From Macrostomum lignano (Eukaryota), in contig NIVC01001414.1 in NCBI GenBank assembly GCA_002269645.1, positions 1-64,000 of the forward strand: a stretch of 64,000 nucleotides of DNA, written 5' to 3'. Position numbers and translations under genes: made by a program. The notes under the pieces were generated by a model that did no database searches, had not been told where the DNA came from, and was given only the letters and a program-made list of their open reading frames with translations. Below are positions 14,088-24,771 of the stretch, one piece after another. The number at the start of each line of letters is the position of its first letter. Position 1 is the stretch's first letter.

Positions 14088-16756
14088 TCAGTCACTAGCC
14101 CAGATCCTGCTGAGACCATCGGCCACCGTGTTGCTTTCGCCTGGCTGGTACTGGATCTCGTAGTCATAGCCGGACAGATAGAAGGCCCACCGCTGGAGTC
14201 GTGGGTTGGCGTGGTCCATCTGCAGGTACTGCAGCGGCTTATGGTCGGACTTGATGACGAACCGGCGGCCTAGCAGGTAGTGCCGCAGCTTCTCGACCGC
14301 CCAGCGCACGGCGAGGCACTCCTTCTCGATCGTCGCGTAGCTCCGCTCCGCCGAAGTCAACCGCCGAGATACGAATAGCACGGGATGGATGCCGTCCTCG
14401 AACTCTTGCGTTAGCACCGCGCCGATCCCAGTCTCCGAGCTGGCAGTCTCCAAGGTGAACTGCCGACTGTAGTCCGGCGCGCGCAGCACCGGCTCGCTCG
14501 CCAGCAGAGATTTCACAGTCTCGAAGGCTCGCGTCTGCTGCTCTCCCCAGGCCGCCGTCAGGTCATCGGGTGCCGACTTCTTCGTGAGGTCCGTCAGGGC
14601 CGCCACCTTTTCTGAGTAATCGGGCACGAACCGACGGTAGTGGTTGAGCACTCCGAGCACAGATCGCAGCTGAGCCTTGGTCCGGGGCTGAGCCAGCGCC
14701 GTGATTGTCCGCACTCGGTCCTCGCTTGTACCGATCTCGCCTCCGCCGAGCTTGAAACCCAGGTAGTCAGCAGAGTTGCCGCCCAGGTAGCACTTTCGGG
14801 GTTGCACCGTTAGACCGGCAGCCTTAAGGCGACCAAATACTTCCCTCAGGTCCTTGACGTGCTGCTCGAATGTCGCGCTAAACACGGCGATGTCATCGAT
14901 GTAGGATTCCGCGTTGTCCAGCCCTTGGAACAGCTTGTCCATGAGCCTCTGGTACGTCGCGCTGCTGCAGTTTAAGCCCATGGGCATCACAGTAAAGTGA
15001 TACAGCTTGCCGCAGGCCGCGAAAGCCGTCAATCGCTTTGAATCCTCGTACAGTGGAATTTGCCAGTAGCCCTTGCAGCAGTCTAGCTTAGATATGAACT
15101 TGGCCTTGGCGACCCGCTCCAGTAGGTCCTCGATGTTCTTCATCGGATAGGAGTCGAAGGCCACCAGCTCATTCAGCGCCTTGAAGTTGACAGTGAACCG
15201 GACTGAGCCGTCCTTCTTGGCCACCAGACAGACCGGGGAGCAGTAGTCACTGTCAGATGGTTCGATCACCCCGAGGTCCAGCATGCGTTGAATCTCCTCT
15301 TGGAGCACCTGCCGATGCGCCTGCGGCTCCCGTCGCGGCCGGATGCGCACTACGCGGTCAGATGTCGTCCGGATACGGTGCTCCACTAGGTCAGTCCTGC
15401 CCGGGATCTCGCTGAAGACGCCCGCGAAGTCCTGCACCAGCTGCAGGAGACGATCTCTCTCGGCCGGTGTCAGATGTTTGGACAACTCAGGAGCACTCGT
15501 AGCTGCCGCTGGAAGCTGCATCAAAACCGCCTCTCGTGAATTGTACTTCTTAAGCAGGTTGACATGAAACGTGTTTGTCGCAGGGCCCATCCGAATCCGG
15601 TAGTTCACATCGCTGCACCTCTCCAGTACTTCATAGGGACCGCGCCATTCAGCGTGAAGCTTCTTGGATGACGATGGCAGCAGCAGCAGCACCTGATCTC
15701 CGGGCTGCAACTCTCGTTCCCGCGACTGCCGGTCGTACCAGAGTTTCTGACGCTTCCGTGCTAGCTCTTCGCTGTTCCGTGCCGCTTCCTGGCCAGCCCG
15801 CAGTCGGTCTCTCTGGGCCAGCACGAACGAGATGATGTCCTTCTTCTCTTCGGAGAGCTGCTCATCCCAGGTCTGCCGCAGTAGATCTAGCGGTCCCCGC
15901 ACAGTGCGTCCATACAAAAGTTCGAATGGGGAGAAGCCAGTTGTTTCGTTGGGCACCTCCCGAATGGCGAACAGCAGATACGGTAGGTACTGGTCCCACT
16001 TCTTTTTCTCGCGAGCTGGTAGTCTCCTCAACATATTCTTGAGAGTGCCGTGGAACCTCTCCACCAACGCCTGGCTTTGCGGATGGTACGGCGTCGACTG
16101 GATGCCCTCGACCCCGGTACACCGGTACAGGGCCTGCAGCAGTGCTGATGAAAAGTTAGTACCCTTATCGCTCTGGATCTCCCTCTGGAATCCGGTCCTC
16201 ACGAAGCAGTCCACCAATGCCTTCGCTACGGACTCAGCGTCGATCTTTCGCAGCGGGACTCCTTCGGGGAATCGAGTAGCCGCATCGATAATCGACAGGA
16301 TGTACTGGTGACCACTCGCAGTCCTCGTATACGGTCCACTGATATCGATGATAACTTTGGTGAAGGCCTCCTCCACTCCAGGCACTTGGACTAGTGGTAC
16401 CTTGTGATTGCCTGGGACTCGAGCCGTCTTCTGACACTTGTCGCACGTTGCTACGAAGTCCTTCACGTCCTTTGTCATCGTTGGCAACCAGAATCGCTGT
16501 TCCAGTCGTTGACAAGTCTTCCTTGTTCCCAAGTGGCCAGCGAATGCACTCTCGTGGGCCTGGGACAGCGCCGTAGCACGCAGAGCCTTCGAAGCACCAG
16601 TTGGTCCTCTCCAGCTGCTTGATGCCGAAACAGTCTGCCGCGGCTTTCCTTCACCAAGTCGTTGGTTTGTACCGCTGCTTGCAACTCCTTGTCGTCTTGT
16701 AGGGCCGCCTCGTAATCCAATGTTATAGGGCGCATTGCAGTTTCTTGTCTCGTTTT
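14088..16756 (-). CDS. pol: Retrotransposon pol: integrase (HHCC, DDE, GPY) - reverse transcriptase - RNase H
   Basis: AHESAFAGHLG...CDKCQK; IIDISGP / QSDKG / LVERFH; WRGPYEV; SPVCLVAKKDG, YIDD, YLG; VIKSDHKPL, ADGLSR. One frameshift near 16591 (DQLVL[P]KALR). RNase H TDAS motif reads ETASS. Confidence 0.95.
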
Positions 16757-16800
16757 GTTGTAAGTAGAAGGCATGAGGGGCTTTTGGGACAAAATTTTTC

Positions 16801-17105
16801 ACGTCCTCCATAATCCCATTAAATCCATCCATATTATCCCCGACAGAATCAGAAAAAAGGGGGGTCGCACTCGCTCACAAAACGTCCTCCATAATCCCAT
16901 TAAATCCATCCATATTATCCCTGACAGAATCAGAGCATAACAAGTGTCCTACTTGCTCCGAAAACTTCGAACATAATCCCATTAAATCCATCCATATTAT
17001 CCCTGACAGAATCAGAAAAACTCGCTCACAAAACGTCATCCATAATCCTCCTAACCTATCCTCCTTCCTCCACGACAGAATAAGAGCATAACAAGTGTCC
17101 TACAT
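16801..17105. repeat. Subterminal array: ~45-bp core CATAATCCCATTAAATCCATCCATATTATCCC(C/T)GACAGAATCAGA with alternating spacers
   Basis: Cores at 16809, 16890, 16972 and a degenerate one at 17041. Confidence 0.9.
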
Positions 17106-17238
17106 CATCCACTGACATCCACCCATAGCATATTCGAAACAATCAGAAAATAATCTGCATTCTTCTCCCCACATTCAATTTGCAACGTGCTACCACATCC
17201 CTAAAACTTTAAATCCCCTAACCCAGGGTCCTTACCCT

Positions 17239-17508
17239 TTGAAAAAAATTAAATTCTCAATAAAAATGTTTCCAGTTGTCTCTCCAGGTTCCTATTATAC
17301 TCAGCCTCATCCATTGTACAAATCCAAGTACCAATGCAAACTAGAATGCAGCGAGTACATGAGAAAATATTGGCCCGACGTTGATATCAATGTCCCTAAT
17401 ATTAATCTAGCTCTCCAAAGACACTGGTTTCATAAGTATGGAGTACCCTACGTAAAAGATTACGATAGCTATTATAACTTTGCAGAAATCATTAAGCAAT
17501 TGCGTTAA
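17239..17508 (+). CDS. Small ORF with weak resemblance to the C-terminal half of RNase T2 (probably catalytically dead)
   Basis: MRKYWPDV...LQRHWFHKYG...YYNFA aligns by eye to the T2 pattern L.KYWP...FW.HEW.KHG...YF..A; no IHGLWP motif. Confidence 0.4.
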   Translation: MKKIKFSIKMFPVVSPGSYYTQPHPLYKSKYQCKLECSEYMRKYWPDVDINVPNINLALQRHWFHKYGVPYVKDYDSYYNFAEIIKQLR

Positions 17509-17724
17509 AAAAACAGAAAGGCCAAAATCCTTTTCACTTTGGCCTCGCCCGAGGCCGAAATCGTTTTCATTTTGGCCTCGTGCGAGGCCGAAATCGTTTG
17601 CATTCTGGCCTTCCCTCGAGACGGAATTCTTCCTCGGCTGGGCTCAGTTAAAGTGAAAATCTCTCTCCCCCCCACGCGCGCTCTCTCTACCCCCATATCT
17701 TTCAAGAGCCTTCCCAAGTCATTG

Positions 17725-18174
17725 TTAGGAGCGCACAAAATAAACCCGGCTCCCTTGCGTTCGCCCTCTCTCCCCGTGCACTCGCCCTCTCTTCCCAAAC
17801 ACTTCACCCTCGACGTCCATTCCCAACCCCAGCTTTTTCTTACCAAAAATAACAGCTTTAACTAGCTTCCGAGCGATCGATTCCTTCCACCCGCGTGAAA
17901 TCCCCATATTGTCGAGTCTCCTGAGCATTTCTTTGTCCCAGCGATTCTTCTCCTCAGGAAAATCTCTATATTTAACGTCGTGCCACATGCAGACAGAGTC
18001 TAGCTCGTTCACAGGCTCATGCCCAGGATGTGGATTATTGTTTTTATCTAACTGTATTTCAAGTGGATTCAAAGGCCCGCAATATTTATAGCCGGGAAGT
18101 GTCCAGCCTTTGTTTGGATGAGGAAGCTTTTCTATCAGTCCATGTGAATCTATTTTACCACCAGAGCGCTGCAT
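17725..18174 (-). CDS. Parvovirus VP1-type phospholipase A2 (Polinton/adintovirus PLA2), ~149 aa
   Basis: WTLPGYKYCGPLNP Ca-binding loop, catalytic HDVKY, downstream D. ATG at 18174 in A-rich context; the ORF-track extension to 18417 overlaps the integrase. Confidence 0.9.
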   Translation of the reverse strand: MQRSGGKIDSHGLIEKLPHPNKGWTLPGYKYCGPLNPLEIQLDKNNNPHPGHEPVNELDSVCMWHDVKYRDFPEEKNRWDKEMLRRLDNMGISRGWKESIARKLVKAVIFGKKKLGLGMDVEGEVFGKRGRVHGERGRTQGSRVYFVRS

Positions 18175-18204
18175 TATTTTATTTAAAATTTTCTTTTTAA
18201 ATAA

Positions 18205-19245
18205 ATGACAGATCAGAAACTTAAAAAACTCTACTACAGCGACAAAGGATTCTTTGTAGGTAAAAATGCCGTTAGTAAACTCATGGAGCTGAGTAAGGAA
18301 CCAAAAGCTACAGTAGAAAAATGGCTCTCTAAGCAGGCTGTCTTTCAAGTCTGTTTCCCACCAGTAAAATTTGAAAGGCCCCATTTCAGTATTTATAAAC
18401 CTAATGAGGCACACCAAGCAGATCTTCTGTTTCTCCCCAATGACTCGGGCTACAAGTATGCTCTCACAGTAATAGACATTGCTTCCAGATATAAGGAAGC
18501 TCGCCCACTCAAGACGAAGAAGTCAGAGGTTGTTGCCAGCGCACTGCAAGATATTTATAAAAACTCTCCGCTCACACACCCCCAAACCCTTATGACCGAC
18601 CCGGGTAAGGAATTCATGGGTGCAGTGAAATCCCTTATGGAAAAGAAAAACACAGAGATTCGCTATGGCAGAACAAACTTGCACAGAGACCAGGCTTTTG
18701 TGGAAAGATTCAATCTAACTCTAGCCAAGAGGCTATTCACTAAGCAGCAGACAGCTGAAGAGCTGAAACTAAAAAGTGGTCAGTACTATTCAAAATGGAC
18801 AGACCGCCTCCCCACTGTTATAGAGCAACTGAACAATGAAGTCACACGCATGACTGGATTGAAACCGTCCCATGCAATTAAACAAGACACTGTCGAACTT
18901 AAGGCAACTCATAGAACAGACAACAACACGACAACCCCACACAACACACACAACACAAAACACACCTCTAACTACCCTAAGCTACCGGGAGTTGAATCAC
19001 CATACATACTGACAAACTCTGAGTTTCTACGGTTTTTATATCTACCTGGAGAGCTAGAGAAGGACACTAAAAGAAGAGCTACAGATCCATACTTCAGCCT
19101 TGATGTACATAAAATAGACAGACATTTTACCTCCGACTCCGGTGACTATTACTTTTTATCTCAGGCCTTTAACCCTAAATCCCCCACGCGGTCATTCACT
19201 AGAGCTGAACTGCTAGTGATACCAGCTGACACAGAAATTAATTAA
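18205..19245 (+). CDS. int: Polinton-type DDE integrase, 346 aa
   Basis: HQADLLFL...YALTVIDIASRY...LMTDPGKEF...QAFVERFNLTL; intact ORF. Confidence 0.93.
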   Translation: MTDQKLKKLYYSDKGFFVGKNAVSKLMELSKEPKATVEKWLSKQAVFQVCFPPVKFERPHFSIYKPNEAHQADLLFLPNDSGYKYALTVIDIASRYKEARPLKTKKSEVVASALQDIYKNSPLTHPQTLMTDPGKEFMGAVKSLMEKKNTEIRYGRTNLHRDQAFVERFNLTLAKRLFTKQQTAEELKLKSGQYYSKWTDRLPTVIEQLNNEVTRMTGLKPSHAIKQDTVELKATHRTDNNTTTPHNTHNTKHTSNYPKLPGVESPYILTNSEFLRFLYLPGELEKDTKRRATDPYFSLDVHKIDRHFTSDSGDYYFLSQAFNPKSPTRSFTRAELLVIPADTEIN

Positions 19246-19261
19246 AATATTAAAATAAAAA

Positions 19262-19720
19262 ATGACAAAGATTGAAACCAGAACCATCAATAAACTCAAT
19301 AAAATCATTGAATCAAAGAAACCAGGTCTTATATCAATTAAAGGTATCAAAGTAAAAATCGATCCCACGCAGCAAATAGTTCAGTGTAATGAACAAAGAC
19401 ACAGCATCACAGATGAAAAGTCAGGAGGAATCCTACCATTAGCAGCTCTTATTCCGATCATTGCAGGCGCTGTAAGTGCCGCAGGTGGTGTAGCTGGAGG
19501 TGTAGCAACTGCTGTTAAAGCTGGAAATGATAGGGCCCACCGGCTAGAATTGCAAAAGATTGCAAGAGATAAAGGTATAACAATTAAGGCAGGAGAGGAC
19601 TGCCCTGAGGGCTGCCCCGATCGTGATGATTTTGAGCATGAAAATTCTGTAAGCAAGTCTGACATTGTCAAAGCTATCATGACACTACACAATGCTGGGT
19701 TTACAATAATGCGCATGTGA
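19262..19720 (+). CDS. Adenovirus pX/pre-mu-like virion core or membrane-active protein, 152 aa
   Basis: KSGG|ILPLAALIPIIAGAVSAAGGVAGGVATAV closely parallels adenovirus pX (RGG|ILPLLIPLIAAAIGAVPGIASVA). Confidence 0.65.
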   Translation: MTKIETRTINKLNKIIESKKPGLISIKGIKVKIDPTQQIVQCNEQRHSITDEKSGGILPLAALIPIIAGAVSAAGGVAGGVATAVKAGNDRAHRLELQKIARDKGITIKAGEDCPEGCPDRDDFEHENSVSKSDIVKAIMTLHNAGFTIMRM

Positions 19721-19843
19721 TGAGGTTTAAAACCCCACTTTATCCAGCTTCATAAACCAAGCGCTACTTATAGGATGTAGAAACAGTTCAACTTTTCTAT
19801 CAGGGTAGTAACCCTCAAATTTTTTTTTTATTTTAGAGAAAAA

Positions 19844-22800
19844 ATGCCAAAAGCCAATCCAGCAAAATATTTAGTCAACAAATATTTTTCAAAAGGCGTC
19901 TCATTTCAAGACAAAAGTAATTTACTAAGAGAAGCATGTAAACAAAAGTTTAACACCGACCCTGGTCACCTGGGAAGCTATGAAAAACAGTTGGAAATCA
20001 TCAATCAATTAGAATCCAACCAGTATGCGCCTATACAAAATCCTGCAAAGGAACACCAAGAGAGGAGTCGCAACTTAGTTAACAAATACGAAACTCTCAC
20101 TGGTGAAAAAGCAAAGTACCCACAAAATAAGCAGGAACAAGAGAAATTAGAGCAATTAATCCATTTAAAAGAGTCGGAGCTTGCCATTGAAGAGATTAAT
20201 TTTGCACAGAGAAAGTTTACAGAACATTACATCGAGTACACAATCCCAATTAACGACACCAACGGTACCACCGCAAACATCTACGACCATAAAGACAGCA
20301 TCCAATCAGTTGTTGATCACACACTCAAAACAAGCAAGAGCTTTAAACTACAGATATCATTCAAGATTGCATTTTATATGCCTGCAAAACCCACTGAGCA
20401 TCTCGAGTATTACATGACAACAAAGGCAAAGCCATTCACCCCTACAGACACACTGGATCCTTTCCTTCAAGATGTCACTAAGAAAATTGAAGCGTTTACA
20501 TCCAGAGGTTCTGGATGGGTCGTAGGAGGGATTCAAAGAGCGACTGTCATGGTCATGAAATATGACCCACTTAAAGCCTCCTCTTATATAGAGCTCCCAC
20601 ACAAGCTAGCCGGCAAAAAAGCTTGCATAAATGTTAAAAATAAAGACAATTGCTGTGCTCTATGGGCAGTTCTTTCTGCACTTCTTCATGATAGTGTCCC
20701 TCACCACCCTGAAAGAACCTCAAATTATCAAAATTATTTCAACTACTATCTCATTGAATGCGAAAAGAAGGGAATCAGGTTTGACAAAGGAGGCTTGGCG
20801 ATTTCTCAGATCCCAAAGCTGGAAGAGGTGTTTAATAACAAAATTAGAATCACAGTCTTTGAGTGGAGTGAAAAAACTGAGAAAGTTCAACCGGTCAGAT
20901 GTAGCAAAGACGTTTTAGATCCTGAGGGGAAAAGGCGGACTGAAGTGGATCTTCTAGTGATTGGTAATTTACTAGAGGAGGCTCACTATGTTTGGGTTAA
21001 AGATCTTTCAAGACTCATTCACAAGCAATTGAATAATCATCACGAGGCTGTTGCCATCTGCCGCTTGTGCCTTAAGCATTACAGTGGACCTGAACGCTTT
21101 GAAAAACTAGCAGAGCATGAATTATCATGCGAGGATCACCCGACCAACTGCTCTCTTCCTTCAGCTGAAGAGAAGTATCTCCGGTTTAAGAACTATCACA
21201 AGATGGAGAAGCTCCCATTTGTTGTATATGCTGATTTCGAATGCTCAATCATGCCAGAAACACAAAAACAAACTCAAAAACAAAAACAAACTCAAACTTG
21301 AAAACAAACTCAAACTCAAAGACATGTCCCCAATTCAGTAGCATATGCCTTTATTATTACAAAAGGACTTGTTGAGTATAATTATTTCTTTGGACAGCAG
21401 TGTGTGGAGCAGTTTATTGCCAGAATGTTAGAGTTGCAAAGAGTGATTAGCACCCTTCAACCTATTCCAATAAGTATGTCTGAGGAGGATGAAAGCAATT
21501 TCCTATCAGCAACTCATTGCCACATCTGCAGGAAACAGTTAACTTGCACTGATTTTAAAAACCCCACCGTTAGGGACCACTGCCACTTTACTGGGAAATT
21601 TAGAGGTGCAGCGCATAACACCTGTAATCTAAAGCTAAAATCGAACATTCATGATCTAACGATATTTTGTCACAACGCAAAGAACTATGACATGCATTTA
21701 ATAGTTGAAAAAATTGGCATGATTCCAGACATACACCTTGATTGCATCGCAGAGAACAAGGAGAAGTTTAAGTGTGTTGATATTAAACAGGATAATTCGG
21801 GTACAGGTAAAATAAGACTGAAGGATTCATATCAATTTCTAGCTGCCAGTCTAGACGAACTAAGCAAGAATCTAAAAGATGAACAATGTACATATACAAA
21901 GATGTTTGCAAGTAAAATTAACAACAGTGATGAATCATTTAAACTTTTAAGAAAGAAAGGCTTCTACCCCTATGAAAATATTACTGGGTATCACGTATTT
22001 GAAGATGGTTTACCACCACAAGAAAAGTTCTTTTCAAAGCTAACAGACTCTGTAATCTCTGACAAAGACTATGAGCACGCGAAGCATGTCTATAATTACT
22101 TTAATTGTCAAAACTTTTTCCAGTATCACCTGCTTTACCTCTTCACAGATGTGTTTCTGCTGGCCGATGTGTTTGAAACCTTCAGATATACCTGGTACAC
22201 AGCATATGGCCTCGATCCAGCACATTATGTGTCTCTGCCTGCCACTAGCTGGGAATCTTTGCTTAAAATGAAATGGGATCAAGATCCAGATTGGTACATT
22301 GAACTTCTTACAGACATTGACATGTACAATTTTGTCGAATCGTCAAAGCGAGGGGGATCTCAATTTGCACATAGATATGCAAAAGCAAACAATCCCTACA
22401 TTGAATCTTACAATAAGGAGCAGCCCTCAAACTACATTACTTACTTGGACGCTAATAATCTCTACGGTTGGGCGATGAGTCAAGATCTTCCAGTTAGAGA
22501 TTTTCGATGGCTACCCTCATCAGAACTAAAGTGGGACTTTTCATTGGCTGCCATTTATGAGGTTGATGTTTACATTCCACCAGAGCTTCACGATTATTTC
22601 TCTGATTTTCCACCCTTCCCAGAGAACATAAAGTGCCCGAAAATAATCGAAACTCCCAATGATAATAATGGAACTTGGCACCTGTCAGGAACAGAAAAAG
22701 AACATACAGAGAAACTAACACAGAATCTAAACAACAAGACACGTTACAAAATCCATTACAAACTGCTTCAGTATTTTATCTCACTTGGTTGCAGGGTCAC

Positions 22801-23692
22801 CAAAGTTCACAGGGCTCTTACATTTACAGAGGAAGCGTGGATGAAACCCTACATTGATAAGAACACCCAGTTTAGGACCAAAGCAACCAACGACTTTGAC
22901 AAGAACCTCTTTAAGTTAGCCAACAACTCTGTCTATGGCAAGACTCTTGAGAATGAGCGGAAAAGAACAAACCTGAAACTTGTTACCTCATCAGAGCCTG
23001 CTGTTATTCAGGCAAATATTTCAAAGCCAACGTTCAAAGAACTCCATATCTTTAATAGCTACTTGGGTGTGATCATATTTTACAAAACCAAGGTGACGTT
23101 GCGCAAGCCGATCTATACAGGTGTCACTGTTCTCGACGAATCAAAACGTTTGATGTACCAGTTCTTCTATGACATGAAGCAGCAGTACAAAGATAAAATG
23201 AAACTCTTATACACTGACACGGATAGTTTTATTATGGACATTCAAACAGAAGACATTTATCAGGACATGCTGCAGCAAAAAGATTTGTTTGACTTGTCTG
23301 AGTATGATGAATCTTTCAGGACACAGAATGGCGATCAAGTGTTTGACGCCACTAACAAGAAAGTGATTGGGAAAATGAAGGACGAGATTGCTGGTGACAT
23401 AATCACTGAATTCATTGGGTTGAGAGCAAAGTCATATTTTTAAAATGTGAGTCGTCAGACCCAATAAAAAATCAAAGGGAATTCCGAAACGCGTCGTTAG
23501 GAAGGAAATTAATGAAGCTGAATACAGAGACGCCTTGAATTGCAACAAAAAGACATCACATGAGTTCTCAAAGCTACAATCTAAAAACCATATTATTCAC
23601 ACAATTCAGCAAAAGAAGATTGGACTGTCAGGTGCAGATAACAAGAGATTCATTTTGATGACAATATCAACAGTCTACCGTTCGGGCACTGA
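19844..23692 (+). CDS. polB: Protein-primed family B DNA polymerase (pPolB), interrupted
   Basis: ExoI YADFEC, endonuclease-VII-like CHIC...RDHCHFTG...HNTCN, ExoII FCHNAKNYD, PolA YLDANNLYGWAM, PolB KLANNSVYGK, PolC YTDTDS. In-frame TGA at 21299-21301. The C-terminus (KSKGIPKR...DNKRFI..LPFGH*) is recovered across three apparent 1-nt deletions, ending at 23692. Confidence 0.95.
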
Positions 23693-23771
23693 AGATTAGG
23701 TTTAGGAGGTGGAGATTAGGTTTAGGTTTAAGAGAAAGTTTAATAAACCTCATTAAAAATGACATAAAAAA

Positions 23772-24173
23772 ATGACAACAAATAACTTTCTTGAAGATTT
23801 GGCTAACGAACTGGAAATCCCAAACTTTAGAGGAATATTTATGAGGGACACTCTGCCTGATTTTCCTCTAAGAAAAGAATGCGGCATCATGAACTTTGAC
23901 ACCACCGATAAGCCAGGATCTCATTGGGTTTGCTGGGTGATTGATCCTGATCGCAAGCACAAGTGTTATTACTTTGATAGCTATGGGAAGGCAGTACCAG
24001 AAGAGCTAAGAAATTATATGAAGGGGAAAAATAATAAAAAAAATTATCGCTCAGACTTTATTCTCCAAGGTCTTAGCAGTGATATTTGCGGTGAGCTGTG
24101 CATGACTGTTTTGTATGCAATGACCAAAACACGAAAGACCTACAAGGAAATTATTCTTGGCTGTGTTTCATAG
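23772..24173 (+). CDS. Adenain-type (adenoviral/Polinton) cysteine protease, 133 aa
   Basis: GSHWVC (His), YFDSYG (Asp), LQG...DICGELC (Gln, Cys). Confidence 0.9.
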   Translation: MTTNNFLEDLANELEIPNFRGIFMRDTLPDFPLRKECGIMNFDTTDKPGSHWVCWVIDPDRKHKCYYFDSYGKAVPEELRNYMKGKNNKKNYRSDFILQGLSSDICGELCMTVLYAMTKTRKTYKEIILGCVS

Positions 24174-24176
24174 GGT

Positions 24177-24771
24177 TCATTGTGCATTCCTCGTTGTACT
24201 TCTCGTTGTCCTTCTTTCCGCATAATGTTGAAGAACTTTCTCGAGTTCATTTCTCAGCTGACTCATGTCATCAGTACCGACCATGTTCAAGTTCATTCGA
24301 ATTGATTGTTCATAAAGATCCTGAATGGTTTTGAACTCATCCTCTGAAATGAACTTATCCTCGATTGCCCTTGAAATGTACCCTATGATTGAAGTGTGCA
24401 CCCCTTTCTCTTTTACTTGCTTCTCCTGTAGCTGCTTTAGTTTTTTTCGCCTGTTTCGCGCTAATGCTCCAGTAATTGCTGAAATAAGTCCACATGCAGC
24501 ACCCACAGAGCCGAGTGGGATTGCGATTGGGGCTGTGATGACTGGCAACGTTGAGACAGCTGCAGCAGACCCAGTTAGAACAGACACAGACCTAGAAGCA
24601 TATTGCTATAGTCGAAAAATTTTCAATGTCATCTCGCATTTTTCTAATCTCCACCAGTCGAAATTGTTGAGAGTTACAAGTAATAACAGGGTAGAGTTTT
24701 TGCTGCTCATATTGAGGTGCACTAGGTGCTGTGGGAACGTTCGGATCATAAAGAGAATTTTGAGCATCCAT
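24177..24771 (-). pseudogene. Polinton-associated hydrophobic/coiled-coil protein with N-terminal PTAPSAP and LYP motifs; frameshifted near 24600
   Basis: My translation from ATG 24771: MDAQNSLYDPNVPTAPSAPQYEQQKLYPVITCNSQQFRLVEIRKMRDDIENFSTIAI. After a frame change it continues SVLTGSAAAVSTLPVITAPIAIPLGSVGAACGLISAITG...ISRAIEDKFISEDEF. Confidence 0.7.

Noticed and set aside
16757-16832. N-terminus MDGFNGIMED... of the 914-aa pol ORF
   Set aside because: It lies in the insert's terminal repeats; the true pre-integrase sequence is in another frame, joined near 16591.
16801-17105. CRISPR-like repeat-spacer pattern
   Set aside because: Spacers are not unique (ABAB), there are only 3-4 cores and no cas genes, and the context is eukaryotic.
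18175-18417. N-terminal extension of the PLA2 ORF in the ORF track
   Set aside because: It overlaps the integrase antisense; ATG 18174 has the same A-rich context as the other element genes.
23693-23732. Telomere-like TTAGG/TTTAGG motifs inside the insert
   Set aside because: Only a few degenerate units; not enough for a telomere-related claim.
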